Origin: Klebsormidium nitens
Lineage: Eukaryota; Plantae; Klebsormidiophyceae
DNA length: 64,000 nucleotides
Assembly: GCA_000708835.1 (NCBI GenBank)
Contig: DF236995.1
Coordinates: forward strand, 186,001 to 250,000
Direction of reading: 5' to 3'
Shown: positions 1 to 14,170 of the stretch, one piece after another
Layout of the letters: every line of letters starts with the position of its first letter
Position numbering within the stretch: the stretch's first letter is position 1
Notes under the pieces: generated by a model
Told to the model about the DNA's origin: nothing
The model's input: the letters and a program-made list of their open reading frames with translations, nothing else
Databases searched by the model: none
Translations under genes and position numbers: made by a program

Positions 1-1154
1 TTGTGATGATGAGCCATTCAATGACAATTGCCTGAACTCGGCCGTATCCAGATCAACGTAAGTTTGCAACATCTGTGATGTTTCTTCAGTTGAACGAGTC
101 ACTGGAGATAAGTTTTTGAGTTTCAAGTTTCGGAACAATCAGGCCCGTGTTTATAATATCGGAAGTACGTAATCTGCAATTGAGTACCCTGTGCATGGAT
201 GCATCATACTTCAAGTTCAGTGTAGCCATGGCGGCACTGTCAGTCGGACGTACCACTAATTATCCAACGTGTCCTACACGATCTGGCATATAATACGTGT
301 GCCGCAGCCTGCTGCCCTGAATGTGATAGCTACAGTATGTACCGTCGTGGATCTCAGTACGCTGTCAAGCTAAAACACGACGAAAAGTCATGGGAGTTCC
401 GGCGCCAACATGCTGCGCCAGTCCAAGCCTGCTAAGTCAAGCATTTCTGCTCAAAGGCATGCATGTCATGACATGATGGTCCGACCATTGACGGTCAGGA
501 CATGTGTTTGGAAAGAGACGGTCTCTTTCAAATACGGCGATGGACGGTAGCCACCACGGGGGCCATAGGCAATTAGGTGTATGATCAATGATTGTCTGCG
601 ACCTACCTCAGTGTGGCAAGCCAAACGTGGGCTAAAAGGTATGTACTCGCTATGCCTAAACATATATTGAGCCTTAAATCGTGTTGATGCAAATAGGCAG
701 TTGACTTTGGTGGGCCAGCGAGGGCAGCCGGGCCGCGCTGTGCCCTCTGCAGTGATCGAGTCAAATTGAAAGCTTAGCCTCAATGCCATGCGAGCAATCG
801 GCTGCCTAAGTCCAGGCATATGAGGTTTTCGTTGTTTCGGTCAGTTGCCAGAGGGGCGCAATTTCTGTTCCTCCACTACCGCATGCTATATCAGGCCGGC
901 CCGCCTTTAGGGCAAACGGCTTGCATGAGAGGCAAAACACTGAAGCTTCAAGCTGGAGATACGAATCGAGTGCGTGCCTATGCAGCCATGCACTTTTCAA
1001 AAAAGAATTTCTGTTAGGCAGTGTGCCGCATCTTGGACCGGTTGCGATCTGCAGATTGTCACTTCCAATGACAGAAAATACACCTTTGGAAGTAGCGAAC
1101 CCCGATCCTGTGACAGTAATGAGCGGGCTGCTCATGCAATTAACATATTCAGCT

Positions 1155-4100
1155 TCAAACCAAGCTACCTGTCCGGTTGCTTTGTCTTTGGAGAGCCCCT
1201 ACCTTGCCCCGCAACATTTCGAGCCTGCTTCTGACGCCCTGCAACCGCGCTGTTTCCTCTTCCGAGCAGCTCAGCGCTTCCAACTCCCTTATCGCGCTCT
1301 CGAGCTCAACCTCTACTGACTCCCCTTCTACCTCGCCGCCCGTGCCCAAAAGCGACCCCACCAGCCGCTCAGCGCTCAGCCCGTTGGGAACCTCTAAAGC
1401 TCCCCCGGTCGCAGGGGCGGACAAGCCCACGCCCTCGAGAAGCTTTAGCGTGCCCTTGAGGACCCGTTCCCCGGCCGCCGCCTCCGCTTTGCAGAGCTCG
1501 ATCAGGTGCCGAATCTCCTGCTTGGTGGCTTGCGCTTCGACGGGTTGTCTGACCGCGATGCTGACGTCCTCAACTACAAAGTCGGGTGACGTGGCAATCG
1601 TTCCGGGGCTCGGGGGGTTGACGACGAGTTTTAGCTGGAGGGCGAGGCCGCTGCCGGGGGCGGGGGACGTCGCGTCGGTGGTGGGTTTGAGCGCCTGGAG
1701 GCCTTCTATTCGGACCTGCGAAAAGAGGTTAAGCTCCAGTCAGGTCATGATAAATAAGCGCAGGTTCCAAGCAGCCCGGGGAGACGCTCCGGTGGTGGGC
1801 TTGAGCGCCTGGAGGCCTTCTATCCGAACCTGAAGGATTGGGTTCTTGAGAAGTTAACTTTATTTGGGTAACCGCAGGTCTGATGAGAAGCATTTTAAGC
1901 GAGGTTTTGTGACGGCTTTTGGAACAGATTCAAGTGTGATCTGAATCTGCCGGCGCAATCAATGTAGAAATCAGTGAAGACGTCTCGGGGTGAAGCAAGC
2001 GAGGGGCACAGGAGTGAGGCTGACAACAAAGGATCACTCAAGCCTCGTTTTCGCACTCGAGCTTTAACGTAGACCCCCGCAATATTCCGGAGTGGCTAAA
2101 AAGTTGCGCCTGTGCTTCGAACGGTGTCCTCGAGACGCTGCCTGACAGATCAACAGATGCAAAGGAGAGTGTTTTACACCAAAGGAGAGTGTTTTACATT
2201 AGCGATTTGGGCAAGAAGGCACCATAATCGATTGTACCCCGTCAAGGTTCAGAAACTCGCCGCAGAAAACCATCTCAGCGTCGAGGGAAACCCTACTCAT
2301 TTGATACGTTCCGTTCACCCAACTCAGCTCCAGAGCAACCAAGCACGTCCTTTGCTCCACCTATCGGAATACTCACCATAACCTCCTGCAAGGGCGCGCT
2401 CTTCTTCCCCCCCTTGGCGCTCGAATCCGCAGCTACCTGCAGCTTCTCAAACCGCGAGTGCCAGCAATGCGAATACACGTCCTCCACCCCCCCTCCACTT
2501 CCCCGCCCAGCCGCCCCCCCGACGCCCTCCAAAGCAAACAACCAATCGTGGAGCGCCACGTCGACATCCACCTCGTCCGGCAGCTTCTCGTCCCACGACT
2601 GCAGCGGGCCGGGTGCCGCGGGTTCGACGGCGGGTTTGGGGCTAACCACGGGTTTGGAGGCGTGTAATCCGAGCGCTTTGAAGAGGGGCCCGCCCTTTTT
2701 GAGAGCCTTGAGAGCGCTTCGGACGGTCCGCCCGACGCCCGGGCCGCCTTCGGACGGTGACGCGAGGATGCCCGTCCGGTAGAGGAGCAACTAGAGTGGA
2801 GGCAACGGAATGTGCGTCAGCGCTATGGGGTGCTGACTTGCGGCAGCTTTTATCTGTGAAGTACGCTTTGAGGGGAAAAATGGTTTCCGATGTTGTACGC
2901 CCACGCTTGCACTTTCTTCCATGTTCCAATTACGGGTCAGAACTTTTCCCAAGGAAACCGCAGAAGACTCACAAACTTGTCTGTGCCAACCCTACACATT
3001 CCACACAGAGATGAACAAGGAGAGGAAGTATCACTGCACGTTGGGTGAACGCAAAAGCTCGCAGCATCTACAAAATCCAAGAAAGAATTTGAACCCATAA
3101 GCAAAGCAAAGTCGACATTCTGACCTCGTTGTAAGCCATGCTGCCCCCCATGCGCACTCCTGCCACGTGTCCATTCACACGCAGGCTTTCCGAGCCCTCC
3201 TTTCCGGCCGTCGGTATGACGTACACTACTGACCCGTCGATAAACTGCTTCCCCGCGTTTATACCCCGGTGCCCCGCCCAAAAGACAGAGCGGAGTGGGG
3301 GGCGGGTATCTCCGTTTCCACTCGTGGAGGGGGGGTGCTCGGCAGGGTCCAAAGTTGGCCCCCGCTGGGGATCGGTCTCAGACTCTGGGGTCTCCGAAAA
3401 ACTTGCCCTGGCATGGTCCGACGAGAAGTCAGCCCATCCAGGCGAAACTTCTGGGGCTTGCGCTTCTCCAGGGGGGTCGTTTGAAGGCTGGAGAAGACCC
3501 CCCGGAACGCCACTCGTGCTTAATTCCAGCCCAGCCAAGCCCCCCTCCTCAGAATCCACTGCAACGCTTCCTCCCCCGGCTAAGCCGTTTTCTTCCAGTC
3601 CATTCGCCGCATCGGAAACCCCCTCATTGACGTCAACGCACTCAACTCTGACGTCATTCCACTTGCCCCCCACCGACACGGCCGCCGCGCCCCCCAGCGC
3701 TCGATGCGACGCCTCCACTTTGATCCCGCCCCCCGAGAGGCGCGCTAGAGGGGGCCCCTCGCCAGCCCGCCCCAAAGACTCCAGCAGCTGAAGCTCTAGG
3801 CTTCCCACTTTCACGACCACCGCGCTGTCGGCGGGGGGTGAGTTCACCAGCAAAGACGACCCCATGGAACTGTAAGAATCCACCGACTTGAACGACGGCG
3901 CGCTCGCTAGCCGCTGCTTCTGGGCGTCTTTTCTGGCGCTCTCCTCCGGGGCGCATTCACCCTCGTCGGAGTCAGACTCGGACGGCTCCTCTTCGCCCGG
4001 GAGTGTGAATGCGGGCCCGCAGTCTCCTTTTGTGGCGCGCCGCATGGCCTTGGTGACTTTGAGAAGGAACTCCGCCATGCGCAGGACAAAGAGGAGCTGG

Positions 4101-7100
4101 GCCTTGGAACTGTTGGACGTGTACTGCCCGACTGAGACTCCGAGCCTGGGGGAAAGGCGAGAAGAGGCGTCAAGCTGAATTTTAGCATTATCGCAGTCTG
4201 CTCGCAGGAGGGTAATGCATAGTCCAAACCCGTCTTTGGTCCTAATCTTGTTGTGGGAATCTCGGTTTTAGCTTATCAAGCTGCTCGTCACAAGCAGGTA
4301 ACGTCAAGCGACAACCGAAAGTGGCATGCTTGGATTTCCTTCTTTTTATTGTTTGTAAGGTGGCCCGCAACTAGTATGCCCTACTTCTTGGAGGCCAAGT
4401 CGCTCAACAAGCTCATCTGTCAGACTGAGCTTGCTTGTCAACCGGAGGGCTGACACCTCCTCTAATCGATAATCTTGGGTTCTATGTGCAAATCTACAGG
4501 GACCAGAATCAGCAGGCTCGACAAAGAAACGCCGACATGGCATGCTGTGACCTTGCCACCTTCTGCAAAAGTAAGGCGCGCCTGCAGCGTGATCGCCTCA
4601 CCGAAGCATTTCCTGCTTTTGCACGTCTGCCAACAACAATGTTTCTGATTCACCAAGATTTCCACCTCAACTGAACAGTCTAGTGTTCCCCAAGGAGTTC
4701 AGCATCCCAATGGCCCCCACCCGCTCTTGTCTCAGCATAACAAACCGGTGCTAGACACGTTGCATGCAATCCTGAACTTTTTTGGACTCACCTAAGAATG
4801 CCTTCTGGCGGGGGCAGTGTCCCGAGCGGCCCCCCGTCTGCTGACACCATGCCGACCTCGGTGCACACGTCCCGCAACTCAATGCACCGCCAGAGTCCTT
4901 CGCCCCACGTGCCCACTTCTTGGCCACGTGGCACCTTCTGGTTCGTCTGCTCGGGCACGGCGGCCGGCTCGAGCGCTACGCAAACATGTGCGGCCTGCGG
5001 GGGTCGGGAGTTGGGAGGAATTTATAAAGATGATCTCCCTAATCGAAAAGATCGAAAAGCAAGCAGGTTTGGGAGTGTATTAGTAAACCAGAAGGGTGGC
5101 TAGGCAAAGGCCCGCAATCGTTACGGCTGAGGGGGGATGCCGATCTCGCTGAGCGCTCAAACACAGTTCTTTTTAGGTGTCCCTTGTCAGTTGTCTTATT
5201 TTTGGCTCCAAAAACTTTCTCTTCTTGTCTTTGAGAAAGGGAAATAGGCTACAATATGCGTTGTCTGAGCTTCCTTGCCCTTTGAGGTGAGGTTGGGTCT
5301 AGGGCTTTATCCATACAAAGCCATTTCGTGCCTCTGCCAGCGTGCCACGGGAGAAAGTGTTGCATGAAAGGATCGCAGAAAGGAGGAGAATGAACACAAG
5401 TGTTTACTCATAAGGGTTAATGAGAAGTAAATAAAAACGGAAGAGTACAGCCATCTGCTGGTAGCAAGGCAGATGTCCTGTGACCCGAGAAGACGTCGGA
5501 GAGAAACGAAATTCTGAAAGATGCACCAGAAACGAAGGCTGCTACTCAGAAACAGCGGGGCCGGGCGGGCAAGGACCAAAGGGAGAGACAGGGAACAATT
5601 CCATCCAACCAGAGAGAAGAACAAAACGAGACCGTCCGCAAAAGGAGGTCCTCAGTTGGCGTTGATTGGCTGGCCCTCTCGAAGCGTGAGCAAATAAGAA
5701 GGCAACACCTTGGAATTGTTAATGAATGAAATTCACCTGCGAAGTAGGAATACGAAACAGAAAACGACAGAAGAAGAAGGAAAACGAGACATTGAGTGAG
5801 GGAAAGGGGCGGGAGATCACCTGAACCGACGCCCTAAGCTGGCTGGCGTCTACTGGCTGGCCCTCCCAGAACGAAAAGCAGACCGGGTCTTTGTCCACCT
5901 CCAAAACCCTAAATCCTAGGAAAGGGTCCTGCACCGCCACAAGCTTTGCGAGGTACAGGCGGGCGCCGGAGAAACCGTCGAAAAGAGGCTCGCCGCTGTC
6001 CGAGACGCGGGGGGTCTGATTCGTCGACCGGGTGCCGGCAGGTGAAGCACCTGTGAAAGGGAAAGGGGAGCGTATGAATCCAGGATAAGCTATTAAAGAG
6101 CGGAATCAGGGGGGCGCCGAAGAAATCGTCAAAAAGGGGCCCGCCGTTGTTCGAGACGCGGGGGGCCTGGTTAGAAGACGAGGGACGGGTTGGTGACGAA
6201 TCTGTTAAAGGGAGAGGGGAGTGTATGAAGTAAGCATAACCTATTGTAGGGCGGAGTCAGGGGGGCGCCGGAAAATCCGTCGAAAAGGGGCTTGCCGCCG
6301 TGCGAAACGTGGGTTGTCTGGTTAGAGGAGAAGGGACGGATGACGCACCTGTAGGAGAGGGAGAAAGAAAGGTTGGTGACCTACCAGAAGGCGGGGTAGG
6401 CAAGCTATGGTGGGGACATCTATGAGAGGGGAAACGAAAGATAAACCGGATCGAGTAATCGTCAAGCAGCGGGTGGCCGCAGATTGCAAAAGGCAGGGGA
6501 GTGAGTCGAAGATGACGGGATGGCGGCGACCAACCTAAGGTAGTTGGATGGAAAGACGGGGGTTGATGAGAGCCTCAGCAGCGGAAAAGAAAATCCTGCG
6601 CTAGGGAGCCGGTGAGGGGAGGAGAAGACTTCGTAACAGACAGGGGTCGCGCTACGACCGTGTCACGCTGCTTGCATCCAGAACATACAGGAGAGGAAAG
6701 AGAAGCATGATCGAAAGGCTTACCTCTTTGAGCGTCCAGTTTGACGTGCACCGAAACATCGACCTCGTCCACCAGCACGCGCATCGAGTGCAGCGCGCCG
6801 TCCGGCGGGTCCGGTGCGATCGCGGACCGCTTCACGATCACGCCGTCGGCAAAGAAGGATGCGATTCTAGTTAGGGGCCCCTCGGCGAGTTCCAGCTTGA
6901 CCGGGTGGATGTGAATAAGCCCCTGGCTGGCCAGTTTTGGCGCTGCCGGGGGGGGGCTCGTGGCTGCGGCGTAGAGGAAGAGCATGGGGGGTGGACCGGG
7001 GGCGTCGGAGGACGCGGACAGGGGGTAGACGCGGCTGAAGGCGGGGTCCAGAGCTGAATGATAAGAACAGATTGAGTGAGATGCAGAGGTCTGAAGAAGC

Positions 7101-10100
7101 AAGGGGGAAGACGGAATGAGCTGTAGTGGTTGAAAACAGAATGTTTGAACTGGTGGGTTGCAAAGTGAAGCATAAGATTGACGGCACAAGCTCTGCCCTG
7201 CTTCTCGTTCCGGAATCGAGGAGAGAGGACTCGCCCGGACGAAGAATTAGAACAAAGTTGGACGTTGATCAATTTCTTGGATGTCAGCTTCGCGTCGGTG
7301 TTCTCTTGGGATCGAGACGTCCTTTTCGCCCCCGGCAAAATCCGTTCAAAACCTAGTGGCTTCGATCTTCACCACATTTGAGTCTCCAGATGAACAGACA
7401 ACCAATCCACCAGAACGAGTGACAGGCACTGCCTAGATACCACTTACCGAAGTGAGGAGTCGCATCTGGAGCAGCGACCCCAGTCATGCTGGGCTGGATG
7501 AGCGTGCAAGGAGGACTGGAGTGCACATCTCTGCAATAGAAGCAAAGAAGTTTCGAGCTCTTTGAGTGCTTGGGCCGTTTCAAGCACAGACTTGCTGCCC
7601 AACACCAATCACATCGAAAGTCTCTACGTCCACTTGAGGAGAAGAGGCGAGAATTGAAAGTACTGAAGAGCTGAGAGGCTTTGCACAGAAGAAGAAAGAG
7701 TGCCAGGATGTCTTAAGTACTAGGCCAATCTAGAAGCTCTATGTAAAATACAGAGGTGAGTTTGAGTAGATATGAGCCCACCTTAGGAACATGCTGCCGA
7801 CCACGACCTTGGCTAGCGACTTGGTGGCCCTCCCCTCCTTTGCTGAGGCCCTGCTGAAACGGAGCGCCTGCAGCAGCAGCTCCAGCTGGAAGTCTGCAGG
7901 AGGAAGAGTTCCTTTAAAAACACGGCCCTCTACCTAATGCCGGTCCCAAAAGAAAGAAATGTTGTTCAAAGACGGTCTTCTGGAATCTTGGTGCAAGCCG
8001 TCTAAAGGAAAGGTTTGAAGGACAAACGAAAAGGACAGTCTTACTTCAGCATAACCAGCGATCGGACTGCTTGATTGGCATAGGAGAACCGCTCCATCTC
8101 AGCTCATTACAAGCTTGCATGTGCTTTCTATTTCACGCTCGTCTACTGTACATCCTCTGCAATACACCAACTTTTCCTTGCACTTGAGTGCAGATCTTTA
8201 CCCCAGTAAAGACTGCCCAATGTAAAAGGCAAACACGCCCATCTTCCCATGCTGGTCTCGCCAAAAGCCACCCACACCTGTTTCAATAGCGTTCAGATTC
8301 AACCCTCCCTTGCCCCTCACCTGCCTCTTTGATGCGCACGAAGACGTGGTCGACTTGCACAGTGACGAGCGACTTAGACGCCGCCTCCTCACTGGGCGAG
8401 CTTTTGACGATCACCCCGCGCGTGATGCATGCCGAGATACCGGTCAGGAAGCGGAGGAGCGCTCGCAGGCCTGCGGTGAGACGGCCACTTGGGAAGGTAG
8501 AGGGATAGCTCATAACGGAAGACAGGAAGGAAAGTTGTTGCATTTTAGACGATCTCTCTTAGTGCTGGGTCAAAGCCGAACCTTATTGTCACCGTCAGAG
8601 CCTTGATTGAAGCAAGTACTGGAGAGGCGTCTCACCTGGCTCGCTAAGGCCGGGAACCAGCGCTTCCGAGATGCTCAGCTCGATTTCCAGACCGACGGGT
8701 TCGTTCTTTTCCGTCCTAGCCATCGTGATCTGCAGCGGATCTTAAGGATGTATCACAATCTAGGCACTTGCACTGAGAGATACTGGAGAGGCACTTTATC
8801 TGCATTACTGTTCAGATCGCGTAATGAGGCCCCTTTCAAAAAGCTCTTTCAAGACGCGGGTTGAGCCCGAAGAAGCTGATGCGGACCAGAAACGCGACTT
8901 GACGACGAGCCCTGAAGTGCGACTGGATCCGACAGGTCTAAAGTATGATAAGCAGATTAAGAGAGATCGAGTGACACTGGTCACGAGAAAAGAGGATGCT
9001 GAAAAAAAGTGAAGATACGAGATAGACGGAGAGGAGTTTCCCAGTGAAATTGCCGACAGTACCAAAGGAATGAGTTGCCAACGTATGCAGAACTGCCACC
9101 TTGCAGACAGCCAGCACACGTCCAAACTGAAAGGCAAAATGAACGACAGAAGCTGGCTCACGTGGGCCTCTCCCGCGATGCTGTCCACCAGCCGCTCCCC
9201 TCCAAAGAAGACCCGCCGCGCGCCAGACTCCTTCCTCTTTTTGCCCTTAATAGAGGGGCTTGGGGCAGAGTCAGCGAGAAACATGTTGGGGTGGGGAAGC
9301 AGGTCCATGGACAGGGACTGCCATTCCAGTTTCTGCGGGCAGGGAAAGATGACGTCAGCAGAAAGATAGATGACGTCAACTCGGGTGACTGAAAATCTGC
9401 TTGGGGCGGAGTTGGCGAGAAACATGTTGGGGTGGAGAAGCAGGTCCATGGACAGGGACTGCCATTTCAACTTCTACGAGCAGGGAGAGATAACGTCAGT
9501 GGATACATAGATGACGTAAGCTTTAGTGGGAAGAAAGTTGCTGACAGCTTGCCTCTCCTTGTTGTGTGACGGAGGAGAAAATATGGTGCTAGAAGTGTAC
9601 CCAATCCTGCCAACGCCCGTCTTATTCCTTTCGTTGTGACATCCTTTGACACTGCACGCTACTGCGGGGGGCAGCCGTATGCGACATGGGGACCAATGTA
9701 CGCACACGAAGTCAAACGGTGAATTGTCTCAAAGAACAGTGTATTTAGCTGAGACGAGGCCGATGAATCAGAAACTCTCGGCAAGGAGCGTTTTGCAGGG
9801 ATGGTGAGCCGCACCTTGAAAACGAAGATGCCCTGCTTGCCTTTGTCGCTGAAGCTTCGGGCCTCCTTCAGAGTGACCACCTGCAAAGACGCAGAGTCTG
9901 TTTGCATGAAACCATAGCGGAAAGAAGCACGATTGCCTAAGTCTCGAAGTGAGACGAGAGACTGGAGGTATATCCTCAAAATGAGCTGGGCAAACTACGT
10001 CGCCTCTTTGCGAAGTGCTCAGAAGGCGTACCGCAATTTCGTCTACCGGCACATTGCATACAAGCAATTTCCGTGGGCGGCAAGATGTGGGGTACATTTT

Positions 10101-13100
10101 AAACGTCCGTATGGAAAGTGGCAGGCACACTCGAAAACACCTTGAGGTGTGCTCGCAGGCTTGCAAGAGAGCGGAGTGTCACCTTACCTCCCAGTTCTCA
10201 TCTGTCGTGTACAAAGTAAGGCCTTTCATCGTGATGGACGCCAGAGGGGGTGTCCTGCGATTAGTGCGGAAACAGGAGAGACCTCAGCGTTTCGGATCGT
10301 AGTGCCTGCAACGTAGGGCCTCAAGAGAAGCAGGCACTGACTGGCTGCCTATCATCCAGGACTAGCAGGTGCCAAAGAAACGCTTCTGTCGATTCCACGA
10401 AGGCGATTCGCAGTTGGGGAGTGGCCGACTGAAGCGATGCTTTAGGCCCATCCTGTATAAGACGTGTGAATCCATTCTGACACGTTCTATTCAACAACGC
10501 AATTTCTGCTTGTATACAGAGTCTTGTTGTCGACTTGATTGACCTTCCCTCCCTTGCAGCGACTAGATCTCTTTACGTTCTATTGAAGCGCCCCCTCATA
10601 TGACACCTTGCCACAAAATCATTTCTGCCAAATCGGCATAATCAAGGATTGCAGAACGTCAGCTTCCCTCTCGAAAGCTCACAAATCTTGTTATGATGAG
10701 AAACAAAAGTGTCCTGAAAACATCCACTCCGACTTCCCTCGGGTCTCACCATGCTGCGGAGTCGGTGTCACCCACACGGACAGCACCAAGCGTCTCCAGC
10801 ATCAGGTTCACTGCCGCGACCTCTATTGTTACCCCGTCAGCGATCTGCACCAGAGACAATGCGTTGAGTTCACTGCAGAAAAGTGGAAACGGGGGGTGCA
10901 AGTCTTCCTCACAAATCCCGCCTTTACAAGACGATTCTTGAGAAGTTTGAAGTGGATCGGCACAAAACGACGAGGGCCGGTGCAGAAGAGGTGCCCAGAC
11001 CCAATCACCTGCCTGGAAACCACGAAATGAAGAACAGCATATCACTGCACACGTCTGAGAGCAGAGTTCAGTCTTCACAAAGCCAGATGTGGATAAGGTT
11101 TGAGAATCGTGTGACCATTTCGGATCCGTCAGTCAACATTTCGGTTTAAGAAGACATCTTGGTGAGCAATCACCTGACGGGGACGGTCCCACATACGGGC
11201 GTTCTCAAGAACTTGGGTCATAGGGTCTTGTCCAAACGCATACCTTATCCCCCAGCCCATAGCTTGAGCTAGAAGCCGCGGCCTTCCCTGGTGATGCAGC
11301 AGCGGGGTCCCCTGGCGCCACGTCATCGTCATCCTCGTCCACCTTTTCCGCGAGCACAATGTCCAGGCGGTCGATGGACACGACCATAGGCTCCGTCTTG
11401 AGGTTGGACAGCGGGGGCAGCTGCAGCAATAAGAGTGATCAAGACTGGTTATGGTTGCTGTCTGGTTAGTGGCTCTGATCAATGATTGCTTAGGTGGGCA
11501 CGAAATGGGCTCCCTTCTGAGGGTGATACAGGGCAAGTCTGTGGCGAGTCACTAGGGATTTTAAATCGCTGGATGTCTTTGGAACCAGCCCCTGTACCCC
11601 CATTGTTAGATGGCCAGGTCAGTCTTGAAATTGCGAGGTAGCTGGAGCAATGGAAAGTCAGGTCAAGGGGTTCAAAAGGGGCTTTGAAATGCCAGCGGAT
11701 TGGTCTTACCTGGTTTCTAAAAACTTTTAGAATCCTGGAAAAACTTGAACTTACTTCCGCTCTCCTGCGCCAGGACCCATAAACTTGGGTGCTGATTAAA
11801 AATGGTCCGGAACATTGTTCGTCTCATGCGGCTGAACTGTTTGAAGCCAATAGAACCGGGTACAAGGTGCCTCGCTCTTGGAAAAGGGGGGACAAGTCCT
11901 CCATTTGTCTTTTTCTCGGTTCTATCTGCTTGCTTATCACTGCGCAGAGCAATCCGGTGTGCATAAAGCAGACCTCATCTCCCGGTGGACAAGGAACACT
12001 TTTGTCTCCTAGCTCAAGCAGGTCAGTTGCACCATCACGGCCACTCTCTGTAGGAAGGACCACTAACAAGTGAGAGATGACACTCTGACTGAATTGGAGA
12101 TGAAGACACAGGAGAAAGTAACTCAACTGATGTGGGATGTCACGTGGTTGGCTTGCCACTAGACGGAAGTAACTCACCTTGATCGAAAGCTTGCCCACCT
12201 TCGCCTGCTGGACGCGCAAGGCTGGGGGAAGACCCAGGGCGGCATGAAGAACATCTCCGTGCAGATCTGCACCGAAAGAGGTTTCAGCTGCAGGTGTGCA
12301 ATGCCCTTGCTGTGAAAGATTCCGTACTGTGAGGGACTTAGAGAATCAGAAGGTCTCAACTTGCCATGTCACATCCAACCACTGTTGACGAGCAAGGGCA
12401 ACAGTGATCAATTCTTTTTTTTTCAGGGCCAAAAAGTTTTAGAAGAAGGTGACAGGGCTCAAATTTGATCTGCTCAATGCTCAGACCGTCAATCTGAGGC
12501 ACAGATTTTGTATCTTGATTAGACCAAATCGCGCAGGCCTTAGCCGCAGCTTTTAAAAGGTTTCTATACCGATATTCAATCAGATGTCCATCAGTTCAGA
12601 AACCTGGGCGCAGTCATTAACAAGGAGGTGCGGGCCCTTTCCTAGTTTGAGCAGTATTTGACATACTACCTGCATCATCTCAGCCATCTGCATCAACTTC
12701 TTGTCAACAAATTGACCTAGCGGTTGAAATGCACGAAAGAGCCACCTTCAATTGTACTATGAACTCCTGAAAGAGGCTCGACTGACCAGATTGTAGATGC
12801 AATCAGCAGATATTTCTAGAACCCCTCTACTGCTCAACGTTCAAGCTGAGGCCAGGAATTCAGTATCAAAAGAGGTGGATACATTGAGAATGCAATGTTT
12901 GAAGGATCTGGCAAGAATGGGGCACTGCAAGATTGATGAGTGAATGCCAAGTGCCCCGCTCTTTACTAACAGTCCAAGAAAGGAATGCAGCTGGCCAAAA
13001 AAATTGATATGTTCTTTGGCTCACTCTACAACACCAGAAGAATCTGGATCTATGCAAAATTCGAGCAAGAACGCAATGACTGCAATATTTTAGAGCTGAA

Positions 13101-13297
13101 CCCTAAAAGTCGTGCACTGCTTCTGTATTTCATGCCCCCAAAGAGGGACAGAAAGCGAATGTTGCCTGCCAGATGGAGGTCTTACCTAAATTTGTCAGCT
13201 GAGCAATGCGTCCCTGTAGCTTGAATTGATCTCGCTTGAAGAACTTCAGCCATTTCGACAGCTTTGATTCTAGAGCGCGAGCAATGAGGGACTCCAT
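1155..13297 (-). CDS. Chorein-N (VPS13-like N-terminus) bridge-like lipid transfer protein, BLTP3/UHRF1BP1-like (plant At3g20720 type); 17 exons, ~1324 aa
   Basis: Exons (minus): 13297-13186, 12266-12178, 11420-11244, 10844-10750, 10254-10188, 9880-9815, 9332-9162, 8729-8636, 8470-8321, 7893-7782, 7530-7448, 7053-6724, 6050-5821, 4994-4792, 4145-3125, 2790-2377, 1715-1155. All introns are GT-AG, phases are consistent and the total is 3975 nt. Peptides MESLIARALESKLSKWLKFFKRDQFKLQGR, LGLPPALRV..AKVGKL, KLEWQSLSMDLLPHPNMF, RRVFFGGER, GLRALLRFLTG, FQLELLLQALRFSRA and DPVCFSFWEGQPVDASQ match the plant chorein-N family as I recall it. Confidence 0.88.
1788..1835 (-). repeat. Copy of chorein-N gene last-exon acceptor + 5' end (period 114 bp)
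   Basis: Plus strand GTGGTGGGCTTGAGCGCCTGGAGGCCTTCTATCCGAACCTG (1791-1832) repeats GTGGTGGGTTTGAGCGCCTGGAGGCCTTCTATTCGGACCTG (1678-1718). Confidence 0.9.
6060..6360 (-). repeat. Two degenerate copies of chorein-N gene exon 13 acceptor + 5' end
   Basis: Units start at 6201 and 6348 (real start 6050). They carry CAGACCCCCCGCGTCTCG..GGCGAGCC.CTTTTCGACG.TTTC..CGGCGCC-like sequence and both keep CAG. Confidence 0.85.
9395..9530 (-). repeat. Copy of chorein-N gene exon 7 acceptor + 5' end (period 141 bp)
   Basis: TAG|AAGTTGAAATGGCAGTCCCTGTCCATGGACCTGCTTCTCCACCCCAACATGTTTCTCGC at 9473 versus the real CAG|AAACTGGAATGGCAGTCCCTGTCCATGGACCTGCTTCCCCACCCCAACATGTTTCTCGC at 9332. Confidence 0.9.
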
Positions 13298-14170
13298 TGA
13301 TCCGCTTGATCTTTCGGATCTCAATCAAAGCTTTCTAGATTCAGAAGCACAGGAGCGTGCAAGTGTTGAGAAAAGGTTGTCCCGTCGCCTCTACTTGTAA
13401 AGAAGTGACACCCTGCACCAAACAATATAACCGTCATAATGGTCCACTGGACAGCTCAAAGGCAGATTGAGCACAGCGGACAAGCTCTGCTTTGTGCTTC
13501 TTCAAATCCAGGCCTCCCAATTGCTTCGATCCGCACTGGAGTTCGCTGGCAAATGCAAGCGCCCATGATCATGGTGCATTTTAACTTCTGATTTCTGAAG
13601 ATTTCTAAATCATAATGAACTCGGAATGCCTGATCACTTGAAGGCTGAAGCATGATGATCCCTGGCGAAGTTGGTTAACCTCCTCTACTAGTTGCATCTT
13701 GCTTTCCACCTCGTCGAAGCAAAGATGGATATGAGCTTGCACAAACTTCGGTCGATGAGAGCATTCTCGAACCTAAACGATATTGGTTATATAGTCACGG
13801 CCGTCGCTTTAATAGCTTTCTGGGAACTGGTTGGAGTCCGGTCTAGTTTTCTTTCGGGGGGGCAGGACAGGAGCAGGAAATTGCCACAGCGTAGAATCTT
13901 GGAACAGCTGGGGAACAGCTTTGCTTCAAGTTAGTTCAACAAGTTGAACTTCAAGTCCAACAAGTCCAAAGCATAGGTAGTATGTTTGCAGGGGAGCTAG
14001 TAAAGGTGACTTTCAGCCAAGCCCTACGGCTAAATGCGGAAACTGCCGCCGCTTGCAGGATAGACTGCTGAACACTTAGTCTTACCCACTCTGCTGGAAG
14101 TATTTTCAGCATGTTGGACCCCTTTCGCCCCTGAACTTTGTGCAATTGACAATCTGCAAGGTTTCCAAAG
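13298..14170. promoter_or_regulatory. Putative shared divergent promoter region (chorein-N gene / LIG4)
   Basis: The two ATGs are 873 bp apart, head-to-head. A TATATATA at ~14409 lies inside LIG4 intron 1 and is not counted. No specific element was mapped. Confidence 0.4.

Noticed and set aside
1-70. Possible exon ending at AC|GTAAGT (~58)
   Set aside because: Too short, at the window edge and with no downstream partner exon identified.
1177-3791. Long plus-strand ORFs 1177-1833, 2414-2782 and 3138-3791
   Set aside because: Antisense shadows of GC-rich chorein-N exons.
12440-13130. Possible pseudogene on the plus strand in chorein-N intron 1
   Set aside because: Many stops in every frame and no recognisable motif.
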